A stretch of DNA of 64,000 nt, from NCBI GenBank assembly GCA_964649495.1, contig CAZYPR010000004.1, positions 11,474 to 75,473 on the forward strand, read 5' to 3'. This document shows, in pieces, positions 28,201 to 36,545 of this stretch. A program made the translations under genes and the position numbers. The DNA comes from an uncultured Clostridia bacterium. Its GTDB lineage: Bacteria; Acidobacteriota; Aminicenantia; JBFLYD01; JBBIMS01. Below the pieces are notes generated by a model. It had not been told where the DNA came from, made no database searches, and saw only the letters and a list, made by a program, of their open reading frames with translations. Within the stretch, counting starts at the first letter, position 1, and every line of letters starts with the position of its first letter.

Positions 28201-28327
28201 TTATTCCAAAGCAAGAAGAATAGTTGTTGACAGTTCAGGGGGGAAAATCAGTGTGGAGCTGGAAATGGGGTCTGAGATGGATGCTGAATATCCGTTTAAC
28301 TTTTTCGAAGAAAACAAAAAAAGCTAA
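25253..28327 (+). CDS. ClpA/ClpB-type double AAA+ ATPase with non-canonical ~420-aa N-terminal TPR-containing domain
   Basis: NBD1 ILILGDSGVGKSSLVYGLVQKIKSGDVPEKLKGKRI parallels the ClpB NBD1 region. NBD2 FLFIGPTGVGKTELAKALAD... is followed by the sensor region. The N-terminal 420 aa have no Clp-N similarity. Confidence 0.75.
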   Translation: MSFFCLYIFSLNCYHFPMITFEFRPLQELIKRYPFLISELSIIEKDPFGYIDSLFRAFTSFLGNLCLSEIFYNERSSDSLSKFFKDFNSLTVEKSLHLQEIYFKEFSTSLFIDSQKLKENDVKNTYLKFLRELISSFYFISEGGDKRLTSDFIRTFINYLGFLSFHLKGEIVRPVEVKGEIFTLFNFSTFEEEIVKTKEKFFEQNLYYWIREREVLIPLHPFIIENSKGKERNIFLLRSIVEGKGGVYFDWKRGKEMESEDGRYALGRFFLLQLDPSRAQKFHEGKRESYNYPILSNGLKLIEENRFSEGISEIETFSTLSGSFPYLELILARTYLNIGAVKNALRISLSLTNRDPGFSSAFEVLGDSYKKDGNFHEASRFYQISLKINPYGRAQEKLRRLQEELRAKDSQKDEDSAVLEECLVDLTSSFQEQYFPIIGRDSEIEQMIEILLCKKKNNILILGDSGVGKSSLVYGLVQKIKSGDVPEKLKGKRIIQIYFSPLIAGAKLRGQFEERVMKLLKRIKEEDCISFIDDIHTISSNMAIKTSGLDLISILKPAMEKGEIQVIATSNFEEYRNSLEKEPSFIRNFQTIKLDELSVEDTIKVIFSRKDSIEEHHNVRIWANDIPKLVENVKIYLRDRFLPDKALDVLDRASSKVALKFSKGEKEENFVRDTDFVEVISELSGIPIAKISTSLKERLLNLEETLRKRVVGQDEAIENLSRAIRTAKLNLDTHTKRPDGVFLFIGPTGVGKTELAKALADALFGDEDKLIRLDMSEYMEKFTYSRLVGSPPGYVGYYDQNQLTDLVRQKPYCVILIDEIEKADPQLLNIFLQVFDAGRLTDGRGKTAYFDHATIIMTSNIGTALYSKVNVGYESSGRMNRVSRSQLMKEIKRYFPPEFLNRLDEIIFFKPLTMNDVKKIVLLQLEDVGNRLLKEGKELVITESAIETIAKNGYSEEYGARNISREIRRSALDKIAELALHEDYSKARRIVVDSSGGKISVELEMGSEMDAEYPFNFFEENKKS

Positions 28328-28332
28328 GCTTT

Positions 28333-28498
28333 CTCAGTTTTCCTCTGGCTCAAACATATCCTTGCCCGCACCACATACTGGACAAGACCAATCATCGGGT
28401 AATGACTCAAAAGGTGTTCCGGGGTTAATTCCATTTTCAGGATCACCATTTGCAGGGTCATAAACATACCCGCAGATTGAGCAAATATATCTTTTCAT
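28333..28498 (-). pseudogene. Rubredoxin, interrupted by a +1 frameshift in a GGG run (possible sequencing error)
   Basis: The reverse strand reads [40 protein letters not shown], then the frame breaks. Deleting one G at 28379-28381 restores ...[16 protein letters not shown], a perfect 54-aa rubredoxin. As sequenced the ORF ends at 28349. The gene is too small for the ORF track. Confidence 0.6.
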
Positions 28499-28501
28499 TT
28501 T

Positions 28502-29008
28502 TCACTCCTTCAAATAAGTTGGAGCTGTTTTTGGTGATTTTCCTTTCTTTACAGTTCTGTAATAAGCGTATGTAAGAGGTTCACCTTCTTCGATTATTTC
28601 ACCCTCCAGCATTTCACCCACGAAAATTGTGTGAGTTTCGACCTCAATTTTCTCTATCACCTTAAATTCCATGTATGCAATGGAATTATCCAGAACTATT
28701 GGACAGCCCGATTTCCCGATTTTGTAAGCACACTTCTCAAATTTATTCACATTCCTTCCACTTTTAAATCCAAAGTTTCCTATAAAGGAGAATGGAGTCT
28801 CCTGCTTAAGAACCGATACAGTAAAGTGTCCACTTGCTTCAATAAATTCATGGGTAAGATTCTCTTTGTTTATGCTAATTGCGACCCTTGGAGGCTCTGA
28901 AGTTATCTGAAAAACTGTATTCGCTATCTGACCATTAAGCTTTCCATTTTTAACCGATGAGACAATGTAGAGTCCGTAACTGATTTTCTCCAAAGCTCTT
29001 CTGTCCAT
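28502..29008 (-). CDS. Flavin reductase-like FMN-binding domain protein
   Basis: 168 aa with the flavin_reduct fold motif YGLYIVSS...RVAISINKENLTHEFIEASGHFTVSVL. It abuts the SOR gene. Confidence 0.7.
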   Translation of the reverse strand: MDRRALEKISYGLYIVSSVKNGKLNGQIANTVFQITSEPPRVAISINKENLTHEFIEASGHFTVSVLKQETPFSFIGNFGFKSGRNVNKFEKCAYKIGKSGCPIVLDNSIAYMEFKVIEKIEVETHTIFVGEMLEGEIIEEGEPLTYAYYRTVKKGKSPKTAPTYLKE

Positions 29009-29398
29009 TCATCCCTCAATCTTTAAATAGGCATAATTTCCCCATAGACCGTGGATGTTGCAGAAAGAAAGAACATGGACGGTTCCACTTTTTTCAGTCC
29101 TGAATACTAAATTCACCCATGGCTCAGAGTAAACCGTTGATGTATTTGGTCCCTGGGTTGATTCACCATGAGCTGAAAACTCAAATCTTCCTAAAAGAAA
29201 TGGGAATTTTTCTTCATCTGGATGAAAATAAACCTCAATCCAGCTTATGTGATGCTCTGTTGTGTTGGGATGAGGGATTTCTTTTCCCACTCCAACTCTT
29301 AACTCAATTTTCTCTCCTTTTCTGGGAGAACCAATAATGTCGATCGAAGGAATATGCTTTTCCCCTTTCCAATCACCTGTCTGGATTAAATCTTTCAT
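29009..29398 (-). CDS. Superoxide reductase (neelaredoxin / 1Fe-SOR type)
   Basis: Motifs KHIPSI, HPNTTEHHISWIE and CNIHGLW provide the His4Cys iron ligands of SOR. Confidence 0.8.
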   Translation of the reverse strand: MKDLIQTGDWKGEKHIPSIDIIGSPRKGEKIELRVGVGKEIPHPNTTEHHISWIEVYFHPDEEKFPFLLGRFEFSAHGESTQGPNTSTVYSEPWVNLVFRTEKSGTVHVLSFCNIHGLWGNYAYLKIEG

Positions 29399-29423
29399 TT
29401 TTAACCTCCTGTTTTTTTAAATA

Positions 29424-30530
29424 TTATTCTCTAAAAATTTCATAAATATTAATATCCGTATATTTACTACTTACTGAGTGAATCATTTGAAGAAGGTCAG
29501 AAATATTAAACTTTTCCAGGCTCACTGCAAGAAGTGTTTTCAACCTGGTGAATTCCATCTCATCAGTTTCATCTTCCAATATATCCAGAACAAGTCTCAA
29601 TGCATCCGATGGTGGTATTTTTATTTGAAATACCTCATCTCCCTTTAAAACAAAGGGTGATGTAAGGTTTCCGGGTTCTCTAAATCTTTTATAAAGCTTG
29701 AGATAGAGGTTTGGATAATTTTTCTTAACATTATCTTTAAAATCATTAAGGGCAAGAAGAAATAGCTCTGTTTTCGGTTCCTTTGAAGTCAAAAGATCCA
29801 TTCCAACATTAAGATCCGAAAGTCTATTTAAGAATTCTACAATTAGCTCCGACTTAACTATATAACCATGCTGAGGAGCAATAACCTCTGGGAACGGATT
29901 TAAAAGTCCAATCCTATCAATGGTTTCTCTCAGTGCAAGATTTGAAGGCATATAAATGGAATGGAAAATGGAGATTCCATCCCATGCTTCTTCAGTGGCA
30001 TATATGGGATTGTCTTTAATGGTATTAAGACCACCCATAAAATCACCTGTAAATAAAACCTTACTCTCGAGATCGTATAACATCATTGCACCTCGAAAAT
30101 GACAGAAATAGGCTGGAATGAATTTTATTTTGTGTCCTGTGTCCTTTATGACTACAGTTTCGGTCTTGAAATCCTCTACCGCTTTTAGTCTTTTAGAAGG
30201 AATTCCATACATTTTAACAAGTCTCAATGTATCCTGAGAGGTTATAACTATTGCCCTTGAAGTGATAGAAAGAAGAAAAGGGGTTGAGGAAGAGACATCG
30301 GGGTCCTGATGGGACAGAAAGATAATATCTATTTTTTCTATTCCTCCAATTAGTTCTTCAAGAGCTTTTGTAAGAGGTTCGATATCAACTCTTGAGCCTG
30401 GATCCATTATCATGTTCACACTCTTATTCCCATATTTGAAAATCTTAACATAAATGTTTCTATGAAAATCAGGTTCAGCACTCCTGAGAAGATAAAAACT
30501 CCTTCCGATTTCATGTATCTTGTAAGACAT
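29424..30530 (-). CDS. Metallo-beta-lactamase-fold protein, FDP/ODP-like di-iron domain without flavodoxin domain
   Basis: The MBL-like motif FLSHQDPDVSSS replaces the HxExDH motif of canonical FDPs. It is 368 aa with no C-terminal flavodoxin. Confidence 0.45.
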   Translation of the reverse strand: MSYKIHEIGRSFYLLRSAEPDFHRNIYVKIFKYGNKSVNMIMDPGSRVDIEPLTKALEELIGGIEKIDIIFLSHQDPDVSSSTPFLLSITSRAIVITSQDTLRLVKMYGIPSKRLKAVEDFKTETVVIKDTGHKIKFIPAYFCHFRGAMMLYDLESKVLFTGDFMGGLNTIKDNPIYATEEAWDGISIFHSIYMPSNLALRETIDRIGLLNPFPEVIAPQHGYIVKSELIVEFLNRLSDLNVGMDLLTSKEPKTELFLLALNDFKDNVKKNYPNLYLKLYKRFREPGNLTSPFVLKGDEVFQIKIPPSDALRLVLDILEDETDEMEFTRLKTLLAVSLEKFNISDLLQMIHSVSSKYTDINIYEIFRE

Positions 30531-31602
30531 TTTTCCTCCCTTCTATAAAATAAACTTTCAAAAGATAGCCAATTACAAATATACCAACTATGAATGTAAA
30601 GAGAAAAAGCATAATTGGTGAGATTTGTAATCTTACAGGTAAATCATGGAGTTTTATAAATGGTTCAAGCTCTTTAATCTGAACAATTTGTCTGGAAATG
30701 CTGTTGATAAGGAGGGAAAGGAGAGCCCCAAAAAATATTAGAAGAGATAGACTCTTTGATGGTTTTAAATAGTATAAAAATCCCATTGAAAGGGTTAACA
30801 AAGGAGCAATCCCTGGCATGAACTTCCATATAATAAAATTTTTGAGGTAAGGGTTGATGTAACCAATATATTTTATGCCTGACAACCCGAATATAATTAT
30901 TCCAATAATCATCAATGATAAAACCAACTTCTTTACATCCTTTGCTAATTTATTTTCTTTACGAATGTAATAATTATCAAATAGGATATAGGCAGATAAG
31001 CTTATCGTGGACAAGCCAAAGACCAAAAAATATCGAAGGATAGCCTGAGTTGAAATGGCGAGGGTTGTTCCTTTGATTGTTCCTCCAGGACCGAAAGATA
31101 TGAAATTTGACCATAAAGCTGGGGAAACCATTAGTTCCATTTCACTTGAAAAAATTAAACCGATGAAAAGAAATATAAGGGAGGATAACCATCCCGCTAC
31201 ATACGATAGGACAATCCTTTCTGGTTTCTGATGATTAAAAATGAAATAATAAATACCATAATATGCAATTAAAACAAGAACCACAACAGAAAACCAGAAC
31301 CACGCTTGTAAGATTGTTGAGGTATAAAAGAAATTGGGGAAAAGAACTTGAATAAAAAGAAGAGGAACAATGCCTGCATTTATACCAAAAGCAATAAATA
31401 TTGGCATGGTTTTGATAAGTCTTAATCCGACCTGATAAAGATTAGTGTTTTTGGATTTTATCAAAAATAAAGCGACTAAGAGACCGGTAAACCACATCCC
31501 CATAAAGAACCAGTGAAGCCAGAAACCAAATACTTTTAGAACAAGATTTATTAATATAGGTGAGGGTAGACCCAAGGATTCAAAAGATGGAATAGGGGTC
31601 AT
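30511..31602 (-). CDS. Polytopic membrane protein (partner of cytochrome-c-fused membrane protein)
   Basis: ~9 predicted TM segments. A 4-nt overlap (ATGA) with the upstream gene implies translational coupling. Confidence 0.45.
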   Translation of the reverse strand: MTPIPSFESLGLPSPILINLVLKVFGFWLHWFFMGMWFTGLLVALFLIKSKNTNLYQVGLRLIKTMPIFIAFGINAGIVPLLFIQVLFPNFFYTSTILQAWFWFSVVVLVLIAYYGIYYFIFNHQKPERIVLSYVAGWLSSLIFLFIGLIFSSEMELMVSPALWSNFISFGPGGTIKGTTLAISTQAILRYFLVFGLSTISLSAYILFDNYYIRKENKLAKDVKKLVLSLMIIGIIIFGLSGIKYIGYINPYLKNFIIWKFMPGIAPLLTLSMGFLYYLKPSKSLSLLIFFGALLSLLINSISRQIVQIKELEPFIKLHDLPVRLQISPIMLFLFTFIVGIFVIGYLLKVYFIEGRKNVLQDT

Positions 31603-32954
31603 TTTTGCACCTCCTTTTTGTTTCCCTTGGTCAAGTATTCAGTCAATGCATCTATTTCCCAACTTTGTCCCGCAAAGGGAGGCATTGCATTACTTATTCC
31701 ATCAAGATAACCAATCATTTCTTTTAGCATTTCTCTATCAATTTCTCTTACTCTTTCTATGAGTCCATTGTATCCGTATGTTGTGTGGCAAACTCCGCAC
31801 TGGTAATGGAATACAGTTTCTCCTATTAAATATTTCTCCGATTTTGATAATTCTTTTATTTTATTTGGATTAACCTTACCTTCCTTGGCCCACAGAGAAG
31901 GAACCAATCTTGAAAAATAAAATTTAGGCCATTTGGAAACATTAAGGTATCCATTCTCCTTAATATAATCAACTCTATTTGGATGAATATTATTGGAATA
32001 AAGATACCCTTCAATTAAATAAGGTTTTCTTGTCCCTTCCCTTAAAAATTCTCCTGTGACCATTCCGACTGCACCAATGATTAACATCATAAAAGCTAAA
32101 GGAGGGGAAAGCCATGAGGGATTTCTTTTCGGTCCTAAAATCATCAATAAAAATAGAGCAATGGTAAGGGAAACTGCTGCTGTCATGAAAATATTGATTG
32201 TTGGAGCGGTTCTAAATTTTATCTTTATGAATTCAGGAACAGTTTCAAACCACCACAAACCACCGAGAAATATCAGAATAATTCCAAATATAGCCCATCG
32301 GGATGTCCATTTTATTACTTTATTCCTTGTATTCTCTGAACTTTTAGCATAAGCGAGATGAAGTTGAATATAAAGGGATGAGATTGTCAAAGCTCCTCCA
32401 GTTCTTGCTATAACACTGGGAAAGAAAGAAGGGTTTATGAATCCATGCCAGAAATTTTTAGTTTCTATCCATTTTCCAGTTGTTGCCATAAAACTTGTTA
32501 TACCTGTTATCACTACAAGAGAAAGCCATGCAAAGAGAGCATAAAGGAAGGCAACATTTTTGTGGGATTTTGGAGAGAATTTTTCCCATAGATAAAAAAG
32601 CCCAAGAGCGGAAGCCAGTTCTATTACAAACATAACCCACTCAGTAGCCCATCCAAAGACAAAAGTATGGATTAGAGAGGATGTTGCTTGAGGGCTTGAA
32701 AGACCTATTGTCCACCAGATACCCACCCCAGTTATCGCTCCAAATACTAATGTGATTAGAACAAAAAACCGAGTCAAAGACCTAAGATAGTTCAGTAATT
32801 CATGGTCATTTTCTCTGTAAGCCTTGAGTAAGCCAAGCCAGATTAGTATTCCTCCACCAACTGCAAAATGGGAAACAAGGACATGCAATAATGCGTAAAA
32901 AGGTATCAACATTGGAGAACCCAAAAATGGAACATACCAGAAAGGATACTCCAT
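31599..32954 (-). CDS. Membrane protein with C-terminal monohaem c-type cytochrome domain
   Basis: ~8 TM helices, then a soluble C-terminal ~110 aa carrying CGVCH (CxxCH) and a downstream MPPF (candidate Met ligand). Confidence 0.55.
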   Translation of the reverse strand: MEYPFWYVPFLGSPMLIPFYALLHVLVSHFAVGGGILIWLGLLKAYRENDHELLNYLRSLTRFFVLITLVFGAITGVGIWWTIGLSSPQATSSLIHTFVFGWATEWVMFVIELASALGLFYLWEKFSPKSHKNVAFLYALFAWLSLVVITGITSFMATTGKWIETKNFWHGFINPSFFPSVIARTGGALTISSLYIQLHLAYAKSSENTRNKVIKWTSRWAIFGIILIFLGGLWWFETVPEFIKIKFRTAPTINIFMTAAVSLTIALFLLMILGPKRNPSWLSPPLAFMMLIIGAVGMVTGEFLREGTRKPYLIEGYLYSNNIHPNRVDYIKENGYLNVSKWPKFYFSRLVPSLWAKEGKVNPNKIKELSKSEKYLIGETVFHYQCGVCHTTYGYNGLIERVREIDREMLKEMIGYLDGISNAMPPFAGQSWEIDALTEYLTKGNKKEVQK

Positions 32955-33001
32955 TTTTACCTCCTTTCTTTGAATTTATAATTGTTTTTTCTTTACTTTA
33001 A

Positions 33002-33508
33002 TCAGAACTTTACGAACTTGTCCTTAGATACTCCGCAAACAGGGCATTTTTCAGGAGGTTTCTCTCCCATGTAGGTATATCCGCAAACAGGGCATATATG
33101 AATCTCTTTTAGCTCAAGGTCTTTTTTAGCATCAACGCTCTCCTTTGCAATTTTGTAAAGCTGTTCATGGATTCTCTCAGCTTCAATTGCATAATGAATC
33201 GAAAGTTTTGCTCCTTTCTCATCCTGAAGCTCCGCTATGGCATTGTAAGCAGGATACATCTCTCTAATTTCGAAATTCTCTCCATTTATTCCAGTTTGCA
33301 AATTCTCGCTGGTATTTCCTATGTACCCTAAATTCTTTGCATGATTTTTTGCATGGACAAATTCAGCAAAAGCAATGGCTTCAAACAACCTTGAGACATT
33401 ATGGAATCCCTCACCCTCTGCTATCTCACTAAAAATGAGATACTTCATGTGAGCCATTGACTCGCCTGCGAAGGCTTCAGACAATGATTTTTCAGTCATT
33501 TTTTTCAT
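33002..33508 (-). CDS. rbr: Rubrerythrin (ferritin-like di-iron domain plus C-terminal rubredoxin-like domain)
   Basis: N-terminal four-helix di-iron ExxH motifs and C-terminal CPVCGYTY...CPVCG. Confidence 0.85.
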   Translation of the reverse strand: MKKMTEKSLSEAFAGESMAHMKYLIFSEIAEGEGFHNVSRLFEAIAFAEFVHAKNHAKNLGYIGNTSENLQTGINGENFEIREMYPAYNAIAELQDEKGAKLSIHYAIEAERIHEQLYKIAKESVDAKKDLELKEIHICPVCGYTYMGEKPPEKCPVCGVSKDKFVKF

Positions 33509-33518
33509 AACTAACCTC

Positions 33519-34718
33519 CTATTTTATTAATCCCATCTCTTTATGTTTTTCAAAGATATTATTTGCAAGTCTATCTATGAGGGCATAATCTTTTATTTTC
33601 GGTAATCCTTTAATTAAAACAGGTTCAAGAAATTCAATTTTAAGACCTGAGAGCTGAGATTGAATATGTTCTACTCCTTTTCCTCCCCATCCGTAGGAGC
33701 CTACTACTGTTGCGAATTTAAGTTTTGGTCTAAGAGCATTCACAAGATATGAAGCATATATAACTGCAGGATGGGCTCCGGCAAGAACTGTTGGTGTTCC
33801 GATTACAATTGTTGGAGCATCAACAAGCTCAATTGCGAACTCACCAATGTCTGTAACAGGAAGACTTAATTGCTTTACATCTATTCCAAGATTTATCAAT
33901 GAATCGGTTAGATAATCCACAATTCTTCTTGTGCTATCGTGCATTGAAACATAGGGAATGAGAACAATATTTCTGTAATTATCAGAGATCCATTCTTTGT
34001 AGGCATTTATTATAAAAGAAGGATTCCTCCATACAGGACCATGGCTTGGAGCTATTAACTCAGGAGATAAAGACTCCACAATTTCGATGTTTTTCTTTAT
34101 CTGGACTCTAAAGGGCATCATTATCTCAGCATAATACCTTTTTGCATCCTCAAGGATTCTCTCATCTTCTTCAGCAAAAAGGGAAGATGTTGCACAGTGG
34201 GAACCAAAGAAATCGCAGGAGAAAAGGATTCTTTCTTCCACAAGGAAAGTAACCATTGTTTCAGGCCAGTGAACCCATGGAGTAAAAAAGAATTTCAGAG
34301 TTTTTCCGCCAAGAGACAAAGTTTCCCCATCTTTTACAATTATAAATTTTTCATCTGGGATGTGGAGGAGATCAGAAAGCAGGGATTTCCCCTTTTCGTT
34401 TGTTACAACTTTCGAGCCTGGGAAAAGAAAAAGTATTTCTGGGATTAAGCCTGAATGGTCCTGCTCTGCATGATTGGCTACTATGAAATCGATTTTTTCT
34501 ACCCCAGTCCTTTTAAGATTTTCAATGAAATTTTCTTTCTTTGAGGGATCAGAAGTGTCTATTAGAGCAGTCTTTTCAGAGCCAATTAAAAGATAAGAAT
34601 TATAGCTTGTTCCATCAGGAAGAGGGATTAGTTCATCAAAAATTCTCCTCTCCCAATGTTGAACTCCCACATAAAAAACACCATCTTTAATTTTTGATAT
34701 TGCCATATCTAATTCCAA
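33519..34718 (-). CDS. fprA: Flavodiiron protein (FprA / rubredoxin:oxygen oxidoreductase type)
   Basis: MBL domain with HAEQDH (HxExDH) plus a C-terminal flavodoxin-like domain ([10 protein letters not shown]). Confidence 0.85.
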   Translation of the reverse strand: MELDMAISKIKDGVFYVGVQHWERRIFDELIPLPDGTSYNSYLLIGSEKTALIDTSDPSKKENFIENLKRTGVEKIDFIVANHAEQDHSGLIPEILFLFPGSKVVTNEKGKSLLSDLLHIPDEKFIIVKDGETLSLGGKTLKFFFTPWVHWPETMVTFLVEERILFSCDFFGSHCATSSLFAEEDERILEDAKRYYAEIMMPFRVQIKKNIEIVESLSPELIAPSHGPVWRNPSFIINAYKEWISDNYRNIVLIPYVSMHDSTRRIVDYLTDSLINLGIDVKQLSLPVTDIGEFAIELVDAPTIVIGTPTVLAGAHPAVIYASYLVNALRPKLKFATVVGSYGWGGKGVEHIQSQLSGLKIEFLEPVLIKGLPKIKDYALIDRLANNIFEKHKEMGLIK

Positions 34719-34743
34719 AATTAAAATTCATTTTAATCAAGAA

Positions 34744-34756
34744 TAATTTTAAATTA
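34744..34756. promoter_or_regulatory. Candidate Fur/PerR box: perfect inverted repeat TAATTT-T-AAATTA (7-1-7-like) in the divergent intergenic region
   Basis: The palindrome was read directly from the sequence. It lies between fprA (- strand) and the Fur-family gene (+ strand), next to TGgTAGAAT, an extended -10 element. Confidence 0.35.
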
Positions 34757-34798
34757 ATATAAATTTTTTGTCAAATGAAAATTGTGGTAGAATGAAAA

Positions 34799-35215
34799 TT
34801 GATTGAAGAATTTAATAGAATTATTTATAAGTTAAAAAAGAAGGGGTATGTCCTTTCTATGCCGAGAATTGCAATAGTAAAGTATCTTGTCACTAATAGA
34901 ACTCATCACACAGCTGAAAGTATTTACAAGGCGATATCTAAGGAATATCCAACAATCTCCATTGCGACAGTTTATAACACATTGAAAGTTCTTACAAAAG
35001 AAGGGATTTTGAATGAGCTATTTATTGAGGGAGAGAAAGTTTTTTACGATTCAACTCCTGGTAATCATTCCCATTTTATCTGCAAAATATGCGGAAAAAT
35101 AAAGGATTTAAAAGCTAAACCTTTAAAAATTCCAGAGATTATTGAAGATAAGGTTGAAAAAGTCCACATCTATTTTTACGGAATATGTAAAGAATGTTCA
35201 AATAAAAAAGTTTAG
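34799..35215 (+). CDS. Fur-family transcriptional regulator, PerR-like by context
   Basis: Motifs HHTAESIY, HSHFICKICGKI and CKEC. It sits divergent from the oxidative-stress operon. It apparently uses a TTG start. Confidence 0.8.
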   Translation: MIEEFNRIIYKLKKKGYVLSMPRIAIVKYLVTNRTHHTAESIYKAISKEYPTISIATVYNTLKVLTKEGILNELFIEGEKVFYDSTPGNHSHFICKICGKIKDLKAKPLKIPEIIEDKVEKVHIYFYGICKECSNKKV

Positions 35216-35217
35216 TT

Positions 35218-36540
35218 TTACTTTAATTCCTTGAAAATAATTTCTGCTTTCCTTCGAGGAGGCATTCTGTAGATTGAGATTAGACTTTCAAATCCATTTT
35301 TTCCAACTGCTGAAACCCCAAATACCCAATCATCTATGGAAACATCCTTTAGAATAAATTCCAGATTTTTCCCTGCAGAAAAACTTCTTTCCCAGAATGA
35401 TGATTTTGTATCTCTCATGTAAACTCTGAATTCTGATATTTTTTCCATATTTCCATCGAATCTCCATTTTAGATGGGCATTATAACCATTTCCTCTTACT
35501 ATCAATGGATTCAGGTTTTCATCATTAACTTCAGGTTGCTGAGGTGCCATAGCAAGGGAAAGAACAGATACCGCCACAATCCTTGCAATATTAGTGCAAT
35601 ACGGAACAGAGAGATTTTGGATTGTATCCTCAGGTGAATGCTGAATTGAATAATTTTCTCTTGCTTCAGTGAATCTTATCCCTGCAAACCCTTCAAGGAC
35701 AAAGGGTGTATGGTCTCCACCCCTTCCAAATCTGTCCGCTCTGAATATAAGATCAACATTCATTGAAGGCACAATTCTTTCTGAAATCCTTTTAACATAA
35801 CGGGCAAGTTCCCTTGAAGGCGAGTCATTGGGGTCATCTGAGAATACTCTTACCCTTCCAGAATCAAGAAAACCATTCCCACTCTTTACATTGGAAATCA
35901 TGTCCATTGTTATAACTGCCTGGACATTTTTTGAGAGGGATTTCATTTTACTCGAATAAAGGGAACTTCCAATAAGACCCTGCTCTTCTCCTGCGAAAGC
36001 TATAAAATGAATTGTTGCTTCTGTATCGAATTTACTTATAATCCTTGCTATTTCCAGCAAAGCAGAAACTCCTGATGCATTGTCATTTGCACCTGGCGCT
36101 GGTGTGTTCCAATCTTCATAATGGAATTTCCCATCCCTGGAGACAGATATTGTGTCATAATGGGCATTAACAATGATTATTCTCTCCCTTTCTGATTTTC
36201 CTTCTTTTATGGCGACAATGTTGTGAAGCTCTGTGTCTTTAACTATTCTTCTACCTTGTTTAGGAAGAAAATAACTGTCGTAGCTAACTTTAAGTCCTTT
36301 TATTTTTGAGAATTCATTGAAAATCCATCTCCTCGCTCCTCCAATTCCAAAATTTTCAGAATTCTGTTCTGAAAGGGTGTTCCTTGTTCCGAAATCTTGA
36401 AGAGCTTTTATTATTCTTTGAATATTCTCTTCTGAGACGGACTCTGAAACCCTTTTCAGGAGTTGGTCTCTTTCTATTTCAGCAGAGAAAGAAAAATCCG
36501 CAAAAACCACCAATAATATTGTCAATAAAATTCTTCTCAT
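35218..36540 (-). CDS. Secreted M28-family zinc aminopeptidase
   Basis: Signal peptide, M28 metal-ligand motifs HYDT and NDNASGVSALLEIA, and EEQGLIGS. Confidence 0.8.
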   Translation of the reverse strand: MRRILLTILLVVFADFSFSAEIERDQLLKRVSESVSEENIQRIIKALQDFGTRNTLSEQNSENFGIGGARRWIFNEFSKIKGLKVSYDSYFLPKQGRRIVKDTELHNIVAIKEGKSERERIIIVNAHYDTISVSRDGKFHYEDWNTPAPGANDNASGVSALLEIARIISKFDTEATIHFIAFAGEEQGLIGSSLYSSKMKSLSKNVQAVITMDMISNVKSGNGFLDSGRVRVFSDDPNDSPSRELARYVKRISERIVPSMNVDLIFRADRFGRGGDHTPFVLEGFAGIRFTEARENYSIQHSPEDTIQNLSVPYCTNIARIVAVSVLSLAMAPQQPEVNDENLNPLIVRGNGYNAHLKWRFDGNMEKISEFRVYMRDTKSSFWERSFSAGKNLEFILKDVSIDDWVFGVSAVGKNGFESLISIYRMPPRRKAEIIFKELK

Positions 36541-36545
36541 TTTAT

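Noticed and set aside
28224-28463. 79-aa plus-strand ORF
   Set aside because: It lies antisense to the rubredoxin gene, has low-complexity composition and no motifs. It is an artefact of the opposite-strand coding region.
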